A DNA stretch of 64,000 nt from the human T2T-CHM13v2.0 reference genome, Homo sapiens: assembly GCF_009914755.1 (NCBI RefSeq), contig NC_060935.1. The stretch is one strand, 5' to 3'. The position numbers and the translations under genes are program-made. The notes under the pieces were generated by a model, which was not told the DNA's origin, did not search any database, and was given only the letters and a program-made list of their open reading frames with translations. This document shows, piece after piece, positions 54,059-64,000 of this stretch. Position 1 is the stretch's first letter, and every line of letters starts with the position of its first letter.

Positions 54059-54607
54059 TACATTGTTTGCAGGGGGGAAGGTGTTAGCTCTGAATTTCTG
54101 CACCCCTATCCCCTTTAGGGGCACTATTTCTACATCTTTTCTTCCCTATATGACATAAGGATGCTGGGGAAAATCTACTGTGCACTAGAAAGGCCATGAG
54201 ACGCAGATCATAGTGTGACTTTTCTGTGGTGCTTTGACACAGACTGAAGCTCCCCATCCCTACCTCCAGCTCACTTTAGGGAGGTCCCAGGTCCACAGTT
54301 TTCCTGGGGTGTTTGCAGAGATCATCCTGAGGAGCATGAAATAAAGAAATATGTTAAAGAAAAAGGAGAGATCTGGCTAGACTTTGGGCAAGGCTGCAAT
54401 GCTTCTGTCTCAGAGACAATGGAATGGAAACAACTTCCAGATTTAAATACACTCCCTTGGGACTGACCAGAGCAGGGAGAAGGGATTTATAGGAAGGAAG
54501 TTTATACCAGAGAATTCATCCCAGTTCAACAAAATGTGCACTGCGTACTCTAGAAGTACAATGTGCTAAGTGCCGCAGGAAGGTACAAATGTACCTTTCC
54601 CTTGGAA

Positions 54608-54743
54608 CAGTAGTTTTTAACCTCTTTGGGAGTCTCAGACAACTTTGAGAATCAGAGGAAAGCTACAGATCCTTAGAAAAATTTCTGCACAAAATTTCAG
54701 CAGGATCACACTTTCCTGAAACTCTCCTGGGCAAGAACCCCTG
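54608..54743 (-). mobile_element. hAT-Charlie MITE (Charlie4z-like)
   Basis: Termini cagtagtttttaacc ... aagaacccctg; internal ctttgagaatc...gaaagcta. Confidence 0.6.
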
Positions 54744-55390
54744 CTCCATGAGAAACAGCAGGTCTAAGACATGGCAGAAAGTTGTCAAGATTGATGTTTT
54801 AAAAATGTATGAGGTATGTAAGATAGCCAGTAAAAATGGCAAAGGCAACTGGAACTCTGTAGCTACTTAAATCACTGGTATTTCTGCCTCTCAGGCACTA
54901 CTTCAGCAAGTCTCAGGAGGTATGGAAAAGACTGATGACACAACTTTGAAAATTGGTGGCTTTGTTTTTTTGGTTTTTTTTTTTAATCCCACCTAACAGA
55001 GATCCCAAAGTCCTGTTTTCTTAAATAGCAAGAAAGTTTGAAAGAGGCAAACAATTCTTCAAAGGTCATGAGGAATCTAACTAGGATGTCCAGGAATGGA
55101 GTGGGAGAAGCGTATCCCTATTTTTAAAAAATAGGGATGATGGGGAGGGTGTGGCCAACTGACTAGATCAAGATGTGGGGCAGGGTCTGGACTGAAAGCT
55201 GAGGGGCCACTCACACTGGCAGCTTTGGGGACAGCCAAGGTTGCCCCATGCTTCAGTGGGAAGGTGATTTTTCTCAGAGTGCAACTACATTTCATGTTTG
55301 ACTGATGACCTCTGTCCCATGAGCTATTTATGCTCTTCAGACAGCAGTCAGGGAACAAGACAGTGAAGATGGAACCTGGAGGCATTCAAT

Positions 55391-55563
55391 AGGGAAAAAA
55401 AGAGAGAAAGAAAAAAAGAAAGAGCGAGGAAGGAAAGGAAAGGGAAGGAAAGGAAAGGAAAGGAAAGGAAAGGGAAGGGAAGGGAAGGGAAGGAAAGGAA
55501 AAAGAAGAGAGAGAAAAAGAAGTGGGGGAGTGAGAGACGAAGGAAGAAAAGGAGGGAGGGGAA
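55391..55563 (+). repeat. Polypurine tract with a (GGAAA/GGGAA)n pentamer array (core ~55428-55500)
   Basis: ~170 nt almost purely A/G. Confidence 0.93.
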
Positions 55564-55679
55564 CCCCGGGCAATTACAGTAATGTATGAAAAGGTAACCT
55601 ACGAAATCAGAGTTAAGAGCCTTCTCCACGCCATGCCTGGTGCTTTGCCATTTCCACATTCAATACGTTTTTTTTTTTT

Positions 55680-55850
55680 TAATTTCTTCCTTCACAGTAA
55701 TTCTGTGAGGTGGGCACTATTATATTACAAATGAGGAAACTGAGGCTCAGAGGGTTCAGTGATTCGTCCAGGGTTGCACAGCTGGTGGGTGGCAGAGCTG
55801 AAACCTGTGCCCCAAACAGCCCTACCCAGCTCTCTTGATCCTTTGTTAAA
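55680..55850 (-). mobile_element. MIR SINE
   Basis: ttacaaatgaggaaactgaggctcagagggttcagtgattcgtccagggttgcacagct. Confidence 0.85.
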
Positions 55851-55959
55851 CGGTAACGACACACACTCTTACCTATCTCTCTATGTCCCCAACCTATCTG
55901 GAACTCCCTGTAACCTCTTGCAAAACTAAATCTAAGCCCAGAATCTCTTCTGTTCCAAC

Positions 55960-57050
55960 CGTCTATTTCTTAAGCCCCGCTTGGGGCCCAGGCGCTGCCA
56001 CAGGCCGAAGGGCGAGGTTCGGGCCGAGGCAGCCCACGCCCGTCCTCTCCTCCCTCCTCTCCTGGGAGTGGAAAGCTCGTCCCGGGACGCCCCAGCTCCG
56101 GGCCGGCTTCGCCTGCGCCCGCGTTGCTGGCAGCGCCGGGGTTAACCCTCCCGCCCTGCGGAGCAATGATTTCTGTTTTATTTCAGCAGGGGAAGTGTGT
56201 GCTGCCTGATTAGCCTGATGGTTTCCTCTTTTCCCATAACCTCCAGACCCCCATGGCCCAAGTGTTTACTCTCTGAAATAAAAAATCTGCTGGTGTTTTT
56301 CTTTTTGTGTGCTCGTGTATTTTGGGAGGATTGCAGGGGAGGAAGGCGGGGTGGGGTTAGGGACCGGGAGGCTGGGGGAGGGGAGCGGGCCGCCTCCTCC
56401 AGCTGCAGGCTCCGGGCTGAGACCCCTGGCTGCAGTGCAAGAAAGCAACTTATTAATGAGGGAGCTGGGTCTCCTGCCTCGGCAGCTATAAACACAGTGA
56501 ACATCTGGAGAGAGAGCCCGTGTCTCTAGGCGGCCAGACACAGCACTACAGGCTGTCCCTGCGGCGCAGCCCGCCCCCACCCTCCACTCTCACGCGCCCC
56601 TCGCCCCTCGCCCCTCGCCCCTCGCCCCTCTCCTGGGCTCCGGCTCCCACCTCATCGGCCCACCCGAAGATGTCCATTCACCCAGTGCCGCGGCCGGAGC
56701 CGAGCGGGGCCTGACGCCAGCCGGCGGCGTCCACCGTCCCACCCCCGTGCGAGGAGTTCCAGGAGAGGGGTCAAACTGCTTGAATCGCATAAGAACCCGG
56801 TGCCCCAGGGACCTTTTCCCAACTCGGACCAAATATTTGTGGTTTGAAAAAGTTGAGAGAACGTTTTTTCTCTCCGCAGCCCCCTGGGAGTCCCAGCGCA
56901 ATGCTGTTACTTCCTAGGATGTTCGAGAAGCTGCGAGTTCGAGGGCGGGCCGGCGGAAGGCTTGCCTTTCCACTGTCACTCCACGAACCCAGCCCAGAGG
57001 CTTCGGTTTGTCTGTCTTGGTTTCCTTCCTTCCCGGGGACCTAAAGGGGT
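55960..57050. promoter_or_regulatory. Second (intragenic, orphan) CpG island
   Basis: CpG-dense GC-rich blocks at ~55960-56160 and ~56340-57050 with GC boxes, TATAAA (56487-56492, +) and forkhead TGTTTAC (56263-56269). Confidence 0.85.
56595..56629 (+). repeat. (CGCCCCT)5 heptamer tandem repeat
   Basis: Five perfect copies; the minus strand reads (AGGGGCG)5. Confidence 0.93.
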
Positions 57051-59196
57051 GATTTACATTTGTAAAGGCCTTTCCAAGCCCTCCTTCCTCGGGGCTGTTG
57101 GGGTCACTCCTGAGAGCATGGGGTCTCTGGTCTCTAACCTGGGTGTGCAGCTCTTTCTGGCCCTCACCAGGCTGGCCTCTCCTTTGGCTGGTGAAATGAG
57201 GCACAGTGGGCAGATGCTAGCACATTAGCCTTGAGCAAGATAAGAGTGGGCAGGACTCAGATGTGAGTGGGCATCTGGTTTCTTCGATTCACCTAAATCC
57301 ACACTCACACCATGGCGAAAGGAAAAAGAAGAAAAGCAGCGTTTATTTATTGGTCCCCTGCGATAGGCCACGACCTTTTAACTATACTACCCTCATGCAG
57401 TGGACACAAGAACTCTTTGGAAAGAGTGTATTTCACCTGTGAAAGGTGAGGGTTGGGAAGCTCAGTGGACTTAGCCAAGGCCGAAGGCCTGTACCGGGAT
57501 GTGCTGCTGGGGTCTTGAGGCATAGGCTGGCTCTTCCCACAACACCAGGCCAAACCCTCTGCTTAGACTTAACACTCTTCAATTATACTCAAAATGTATA
57601 CCAAAAGACCTTGTAATCTGAATATGAAATAGTACCAGCTCAAAAGCTACCAAGGCAGCAGGAGGTGGGAGGAAAAAGAAAGAGGCCATGTAGGAAGCAG
57701 GAGCAACTTCAGTCCACAGCTGATCAGAGGCATGCCCTCCACTTATGGAGAATAGGGTCAGGCATTTGCAGAATCTCAGTATCAGATGAGCAAACTGACA
57801 GAGCGAGTGTGCGGGAGATATTAGGCATGTGGACTCTCCCTAGCGGACTGCTTGGGCTAGGCTGGCCTTGCTTTCCTTCCTCTTTCCCTGGCCCTCTCAG
57901 AGATGGGATGGGGATATATGGCAAGGCTGTTCCTGCATCAGGCTTCTCTCAGTACTCTCCCCTGGGAGTAGCTTGTCAGGGCAGCTAGGCCCCAACCTCG
58001 GCCTTCTGTGAAAGGCTGGAACCTCAGGTAGGGTTACAGCTTGCTCCTCCCAAACAGCACAGCCATCCAGGCAGAATCCAAAAAGGTCCATGTTTCCCCA
58101 TCTCCCTTAATGTTTGGACTTTATTTAAAGACAGGAGTTTAATTCCCTAGTCTTGTCCTAGAAAATAGTTGGGCATTAGCATAGACAGTTCCTCACTGAG
58201 CTAGAAAATTGAAAGAATAAAATAAAATAAAGAGACTGGAGTGGCCCAGTTGTGTTTCTAATTCACTTTGCCTGGACTCCCTGTAAGTCTTCTCTAAGAA
58301 GAACCGTCCAGCCTTTTCTCAGGGACAGCATTAGTCCAATATTGTAATCGTCCAATGTTACAACATCCCTAAAGCACACACACTCTCAGGACCGTTCTGT
58401 TCTGAAGAACAAAGAACCTGACACACACCCTTTAGAAAAGAAAAGCACACCCTGAATGAGGAAAGAAGAGAGGGGTGCAGCAGATGATAGTCTGAAACAC
58501 CATTCTGTAAAACCACAGACCTGCCATAAGAATAAACATTTCAGAGCAAGGTGAGTCTCCATTTAACAAGTCTCTCTGGCACTCCCTCAGCGCTCTCAAC
58601 ACTTAAAAGCCAAATTGGAGGCATCTGTGCTTCCTGCTGAGACATCCCACCTGGTTGTGGATAGCCCTTTCCAAACACTGGCCCAGGTTTGATCTCTCCC
58701 AGCCGCTAGGCCATATGAGAAAGCCCCAGGAGGGACTATGAACTCGGAATCTCAGCGTATCTCCCACTTGAACTTCCAAAGTTTATTTGGGAAAGACATT
58801 CTTTAGTTCCACCATTTTGTTAGTAAATTTGTTTTAGAGATTTTAGTGAGATCCAAAGCCACACATTAATACTGCCAAACTTTATGTCATAAATAAGTGT
58901 AATATTTCACATGGAAACCATTTGCTCTAGCATGTAAATGTACACCCACACACACACTTGCATAGAAGTTGTTTTAAAGGAGAACTGAGGCTTCCCCTTT
59001 TCCATGTATTTTCTCAGTATCCCGGGCATGGCACTGGTCACCAAACGTGTTCAACCAATCAGTGGGTCACTCTCTGACTCAATGAAACCCAGTTTGGACT
59101 CCCAAAATGCACTTTGGGTCAATGAGTCATAATAGCAAATATTCATATCAGGCTTGCTAAGTGACGGCACTGTTTTATGCTTTACACATACTAACT

Positions 59197-59478
59197 TAGT
59201 GGTTCTCAAAGTGTGATCTCTAGACCAGCAGCATCAGCAGCACCTGAGAACTTGTTAGAAATGCAAATTTTTGAGCCTTAGCCTAGAATCACTGAATCAG
59301 AAACCCTGGGGGTAGAACTCCATAACCAGTGTCTTAACAAACCCTAAAGTGATTCTCATGTACCCTGGGAGTTTCTGCTTCGATAAGTCTGGGGTACGGC
59401 TCGAGATTTTGCATTTCTAACAAGTTCTCAGATGATAGTGATGCTGCTGGTCTGGGGACCATGCTTGGAGAATCATTG
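59197..59478. mobile_element. Two MER5A (hAT-Charlie) copies in inverted arrangement (~59197-59360 +, ~59363-59478 -), inserted in a MIR
   Basis: agtggttctcaaagtgtg...gaccagcagcatcagc...gaacttgttagaaatgcaaa followed by its reverse complement tttgcatttctaacaagttc...gatgctgctggtc...gagaatcattg. Confidence 0.88.
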
Positions 59479-62400
59479 GTATAGATCCGGAAACTGGGTT
59501 ACAAGATTAAGTTGTCTAAGGTCACACAGTTATAACGGAAGAGCTGATGCAAACACAAGCAACCTGGGTCCAGCGTCTGGGTTCTTTCCTACTACACTAA
59601 ATAGATGTCCTTTCTCATGAAGAATGGGAAGTGGCAGATAGGCTGTGAATGTGGTTGAGTGAAGGTTTTACTGTGTTCAGTGACCAAAGACATAGCAAAC
59701 TGCATTCTACAAGAAAAAGTATTGTCTTGTTTCTCAAATCAATCAAAGACCATGGTAATAAGACTATAGGTTCCTCCTCATGAAGGTAAGTTGTGTTTCC
59801 TATGTTCTCTAGCTCCAGGCTGCTTCCCAGCTCTAAGCAAGTATTTTGCAAAAGTGTACTTTGCTCACAACATCACATCCATAAGTTTGGCTGATTTCAG
59901 ACAAATCCATCCTTGAAATGAAAAATAATTTGATACTATAACACTTTGGAAGAGTGCTAAGTAAGCATCGTATTTTCTGATATGAACTATGACCATTCAT
60001 GAGCATCATAAGGGTGAAGTTGAAATCAAATATGGACCGCTGGCATTGATGGGATGGACGAGGTCTTGTGTCCTGTGTGCTCAGCTGGGTCTCTGATGTC
60101 GGTTTTGGAAAACAGGCAGTGTCTGACTTCAGCTAGGTCTAGGCACCACTCTGAGGCTCGCTACCGTTACCCTGTGTATCCAACAGGACTGTGGGTAGGA
60201 ACCAGTCATGACAGTTAATGACGGTAAAACGTCAGTGAGCTCTTAGAGACAGGAGCAAGAAACTGAAACGTAAAAATGATTCTTGTTATGGTGGTTGGAG
60301 AGAAAGGGCTGAGGTTGAGGGACAGAATAGAGGAAGGGAGCAGAGAGGAGGCAGGGTCAGTGGCTCCACTCCAGTCAGACTATAAACAGCAACAGACATT
60401 TCAGCCGTGTCTTGTGTAAGAGGCTCCATTGATTCACAAGGTTCCCTAACAGAAGGATGACGAGAAGCTGAGACAGAAAGGGCCCATTCATTCATGCAGA
60501 ACACCAGCACTCAGCCCCATTGGCTCTCGCTAATGGCTCCAGGCTGATAGGGAGGAGGGGGAAGAGGCGGACGGTAGGAGGAGGTAGAAATGAAAGAAAA
60601 TGATGACTACAAGATTGTTGTGAAGAAATGTACAGCTGCACAGGCAATTGCATGCAAATGTGGCTTCCCTTTTTAGCTGTATAGCTAATGTCCTCAGATT
60701 CATCTATTTTTCTCTTTCATGTTATCTTCCCCTCCTGTTCTTGCCTTGTCTTTTTCTGGGCTCCCCACTTTTTTTCCCTTTCCCATTCATCTTTCATCTT
60801 CCTTTCCCATTATTCCCTACCATGCTACTAATATCCACCTTTATTTTCTGTCCATTTTCACACATCTCTTCTTTCTTCCACCATACCCGCTTTATCATCT
60901 ATTTTGTCCAATCGATTCCCGACAGACCTTGGCGCTTTAGTATTCTCTCCCACTCACCTGATAAGTCTTTCCCTCATTCATACTTTCTCTCTGCTTGATT
61001 CTCTCTTCCCCTTCCCTCCACACTCCCGCCACCCTCCTCCTCCTCCTCCTCAGCCTCTGCCCCTTCGTGAATAGGAACAACATTCTGAAAAGGCTTGCTC
61101 ATTCCTTGATGGCCCCTCCTGTCAGTGTTCTCTGCACTGACAGATGTGTAGTCCTTGGAAAAGAAGTTCATTCATCCCTTCTGAGAGCATGAACGTGAAG
61201 GGGGAGCAGTGGTGGGCAGTAGCCATGAGACGGAGGACGGGAAGGAAACTGAAGTTATAAATAGGATAAAAGAAGATGAAAAAAATGTCGAGTATTTTTT
61301 CTCTTTCTTTATATTCAACACATCTCCAAGGAAATGTACCACAGCTGGAGAAATCACTGGTTGGTCTATGTCTTCATCTCCCTTCCCTATAACCCCACAA
61401 TCCCCGTCCAAACAACACCCATCGCTGAGGAGAGCTGGACCACAGCCCAGAAATAATCCCTCCAACTCCTTCGTCTGGGAAGCTCAAAAGTTAAAGGAGG
61501 GGCTAGAAAGGCTCAGGGTTCTTGCCAAACATTTCCATCAGAGGGAGTATAGGACAGTGGGAACTACAACCATCACATTTGTGAAGAGATTGCCCCCAAC
61601 TGGTAGAGGCCACACCCCGATGGAAGCTGTGTACCATCTCTGAGCTGCAGTTGATGGCAACCCAGGTCATTCTAGGAATGGTTATTATATGCCCCAATCT
61701 TCTCAACCTACCAAAAGCTGGGGTGACCCCAGCTTCCTTCTTGCAACTATAAACTATGAGAAGAAGATGATATTACCCTGCTATAAGTCCTTGCATTTTA
61801 AAGCTGTTCTTCATATGCTTCCCAGACACTGTCTCATAGGCCATGAAATAAAAACATCTTTACCTTTGAGAAACTTGACAAAGAGCAGCATGAAAAATCA
61901 TCTCCACTTGGGAGTTTATGTACTTCAGTTTAAGGAAAAGGAAGGCCATGTCTCTTTGCTATGAAGAAGAGACATTCTGATCTTCAGGCTATGAGCAAAT
62001 GGAGAAGGCCTCAGATGTTAATAAGATGTAACTTGTAGCAAGCAGAGACCATCGAGAGCTGCAAGTGTTAAAGCAAGGCAGCTTTAATCTCAGTTGCATT
62101 GGGAGATATAAGACTTAAGCCTTGTGGCATTAATAGGATTCAAGAATTATACAAATATAAATACAGCCATTTTGACCTTTTGCTTATACAAACAAAACCT
62201 ATTTTGTTTAGAATTTTAAAGGATCACTTTTCTCATGTCCTCAAATTTTTAGTCCTTAAGTCTGACGTGTGAGCAGGTACAAAATCCTCCTGGCTCCCTT
62301 GTGAAATGGATAGGTAGCTGAGACATTTGTATTTATGCTTAGAAGAACTGAGATACCAAGCAGAAAGTGACAGCATAAATATTATTATGTCTACAATCCA

Positions 62401-63121
62401 GGACAGTGCCAAAGAATACCTCAAAGATCAATGGCTATTGAGTCAAGGGAACATGGGACACAGGAATCTATTTCATTCTGCCCTGGAGAGAAACCAGGCA
62501 AATGGAAAGCTACTCCCCATGCCTCCTCACCCACCATACACACAGCCCATGGAGTGCCACAGCATCTTGCCCTGCGTCTGTTTATTCCTGATGAGCAATA
62601 AAGCATGGGCAACAAAGCAAACATTTATTTTACTTCTCCACTGTTATTTAAGTAATTGACCAAAGAATGTTGTGGGGTAAAATAACACTGAACCAAAAAG
62701 TAGCCTTCAAGTTAGTGACTCCCCCTGCCATGCCCTGCCCAGGTCTTTCCCCAGAATTACATTTTCCCAACATGTAAGAGTAATGACATTTTTATGCTAA
62801 GAATTCATCCTGGGAGAAAACACAGATTTTGACTAGCTATTTGGTATTCAAATATGTTATCATAACATGGTCTCATGTGAAAGTGAACTTAATATCTGAA
62901 TTGATCATTTCAAAATTCCCAAATTCAAATTTAATGGTTTTTGTTTAAAAACAAAACAAAACAAACAAAAAAAAAACACTAGCTGGTAAACCAAGAACTA
63001 GTGGAATTTGTGAGAAACAGAGTGTCTCCTGAAAACAGCATGGAGATGAGGACTTCAGATTCCTGAGGTCCCTGGGAATGCAGATCCATTGATTTGAGAG
63101 TTCTCTGGAGGAGACTCCCAC

Positions 63122-63137
63122 TCACCAGAGGGCAGCA
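63122..63137 (+). promoter_or_regulatory. Candidate CTCF site
   Basis: TCACCAGAGGGCAGCA versus consensus CCASYAGRKGGCRS (1 mismatch). Confidence 0.55.
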
Positions 63138-63489
63138 CTGCCACCAGCAAGTGGAAGGAGAGAAGGGAGAGAGAGACAGAGGAAAAAGAATTGGGATCCA
63201 GGTGGGCATGGACAGAGAGGCCAGGAACAATGGAAACAGATGATCATCGAAAGAAAGCATGTTCTCTAAGAAGGCCGAGCAATTCACACACCTCTGTTTA
63301 TCCAGCTCAGACTCTGTGACTGCAATACTTCTAGGCTCTCTGACAACAGCCAAAACGGGTGTCAGGAAATGCAGGATAGGCAAAACTATTTGCAAGGTGA
63401 AGACCTAAAGCAACCTTTCTTGGGCCCATTCCTAGAGTTTAGACTTCCTGTCGGGGAATAAAGTAACCCAAAATTTATGGAGAAGGCCC

Positions 63490-63499
63490 GGGACTTTCC
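63490..63499 (+). promoter_or_regulatory. Canonical NF-kB site GGGACTTTCC
   Basis: Exact Ig-kappa enhancer / HIV LTR kB decamer. Confidence 0.45.
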
Positions 63500-63627
63500 A
63501 TTCAAGAACAATAGCATCTGTACCCGCATAAGCCATGGCAGCTGTTATTTGAAAGAATGCAGCCCTCATCACATTTCCATTGTCCTTCAACTCTATCCTC
63601 ATTCCCAGCTTTTGTTTATGTTCCTAC

Positions 63628-63772
63628 CTGAGACACAGTGTTCAAGACCAGTAGGAACTTCCTGAGTTGCCATCTCATCCCAAAAGGGGTAGCAAGGTCT
63701 TTGCTGGTGATAATTGGACTGGAAACCACAGTTCATTCGAGGATCTTCATAAGTGTTGCTAGGTCCTTGCCT
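63628..63772 (-). CDS. ETS1: ETS1 long-isoform internal coding exon: RQGPSNTYEDPRMNCGFQSNYHQQRPCYPFWDEMATQEVPTGLEHCVS plus G (phase 1)
   Basis: Manual minus-strand translation: acceptor ttttttcttgcacag|AGG, 145 nt open frame, donor TCAG|gtagga. The peptide matches my recollection of the extended N-terminus of the long ETS1 isoform, and the exit phase equals that of exon 29245-29326. Confidence 0.93.
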
Positions 63773-64000
63773 CTGTGCAAGAAAAAATAGAAGAAAATAT
63801 ATTAGGAGGAAAATCTCTGTTGTTTAGCCCTAAAGAACTATGACTTCATATTATCCAATCACATGTAAGTAAGAATCATCTATAGATGATGACAGAACAG
63901 AGCCAACTCTTGTTTTCTTCCCTTATCCCCCCACATAAAGACGCAGGGAACGAGAAGAATTTCTGACTCAGACTATGTATGAATTTATCTTCCTCCATTT

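Noticed and set aside
55337-55659. Phe/Pro/Leu/Ser-rich ORFs resembling membrane peptides (also 60648-60998 and 7260-7646)
   Set aside because: Translations of low-complexity polypyrimidine tracts.

Overview
Mammalian (human or great-ape) genomic DNA from the 5' part of the ETS1 proto-oncogene, transcribed on the minus strand. Only two protein-coding exons are supported. One is the first coding exon of the major p51/p54 isoform (29245-29326, MKAAVDLKPTLTIIKTEKVDLELFPSP/D), inside a TATA-less CpG-island promoter that also contains the MIR6090 hairpin sequence. The other is a 145-nt internal exon of the long (chicken p68-like) isoform (63628-63772, RQGPSNTYEDPRMNCGFQ...EHCVS/D), which the ORF track misses. 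The rest is intronic: Alu/FLAM, L1PA, L1MB/MC, L3/CR1, L2, many MIRs, MER2, MER5A and Charlie-type MITEs, microsatellites, and a second orphan CpG island at about 56-57 kb. Nearly all ORFs in the supplied track are spurious (intronic, repeat-derived or GC-rich). I see no support for a new multi-gene system. The best leads are regulatory or structural: the orphan CpG island with a candidate minus-strand donor and heptamer G4, the adjacent GGAAA array, an old L1 fragment with a perfect 14-bp TSD, an inverted MER5A pair, and several tight transcription-factor motif clusters. Locus, repeat-family and motif assignments come from recall of known sequences, not from database searches.
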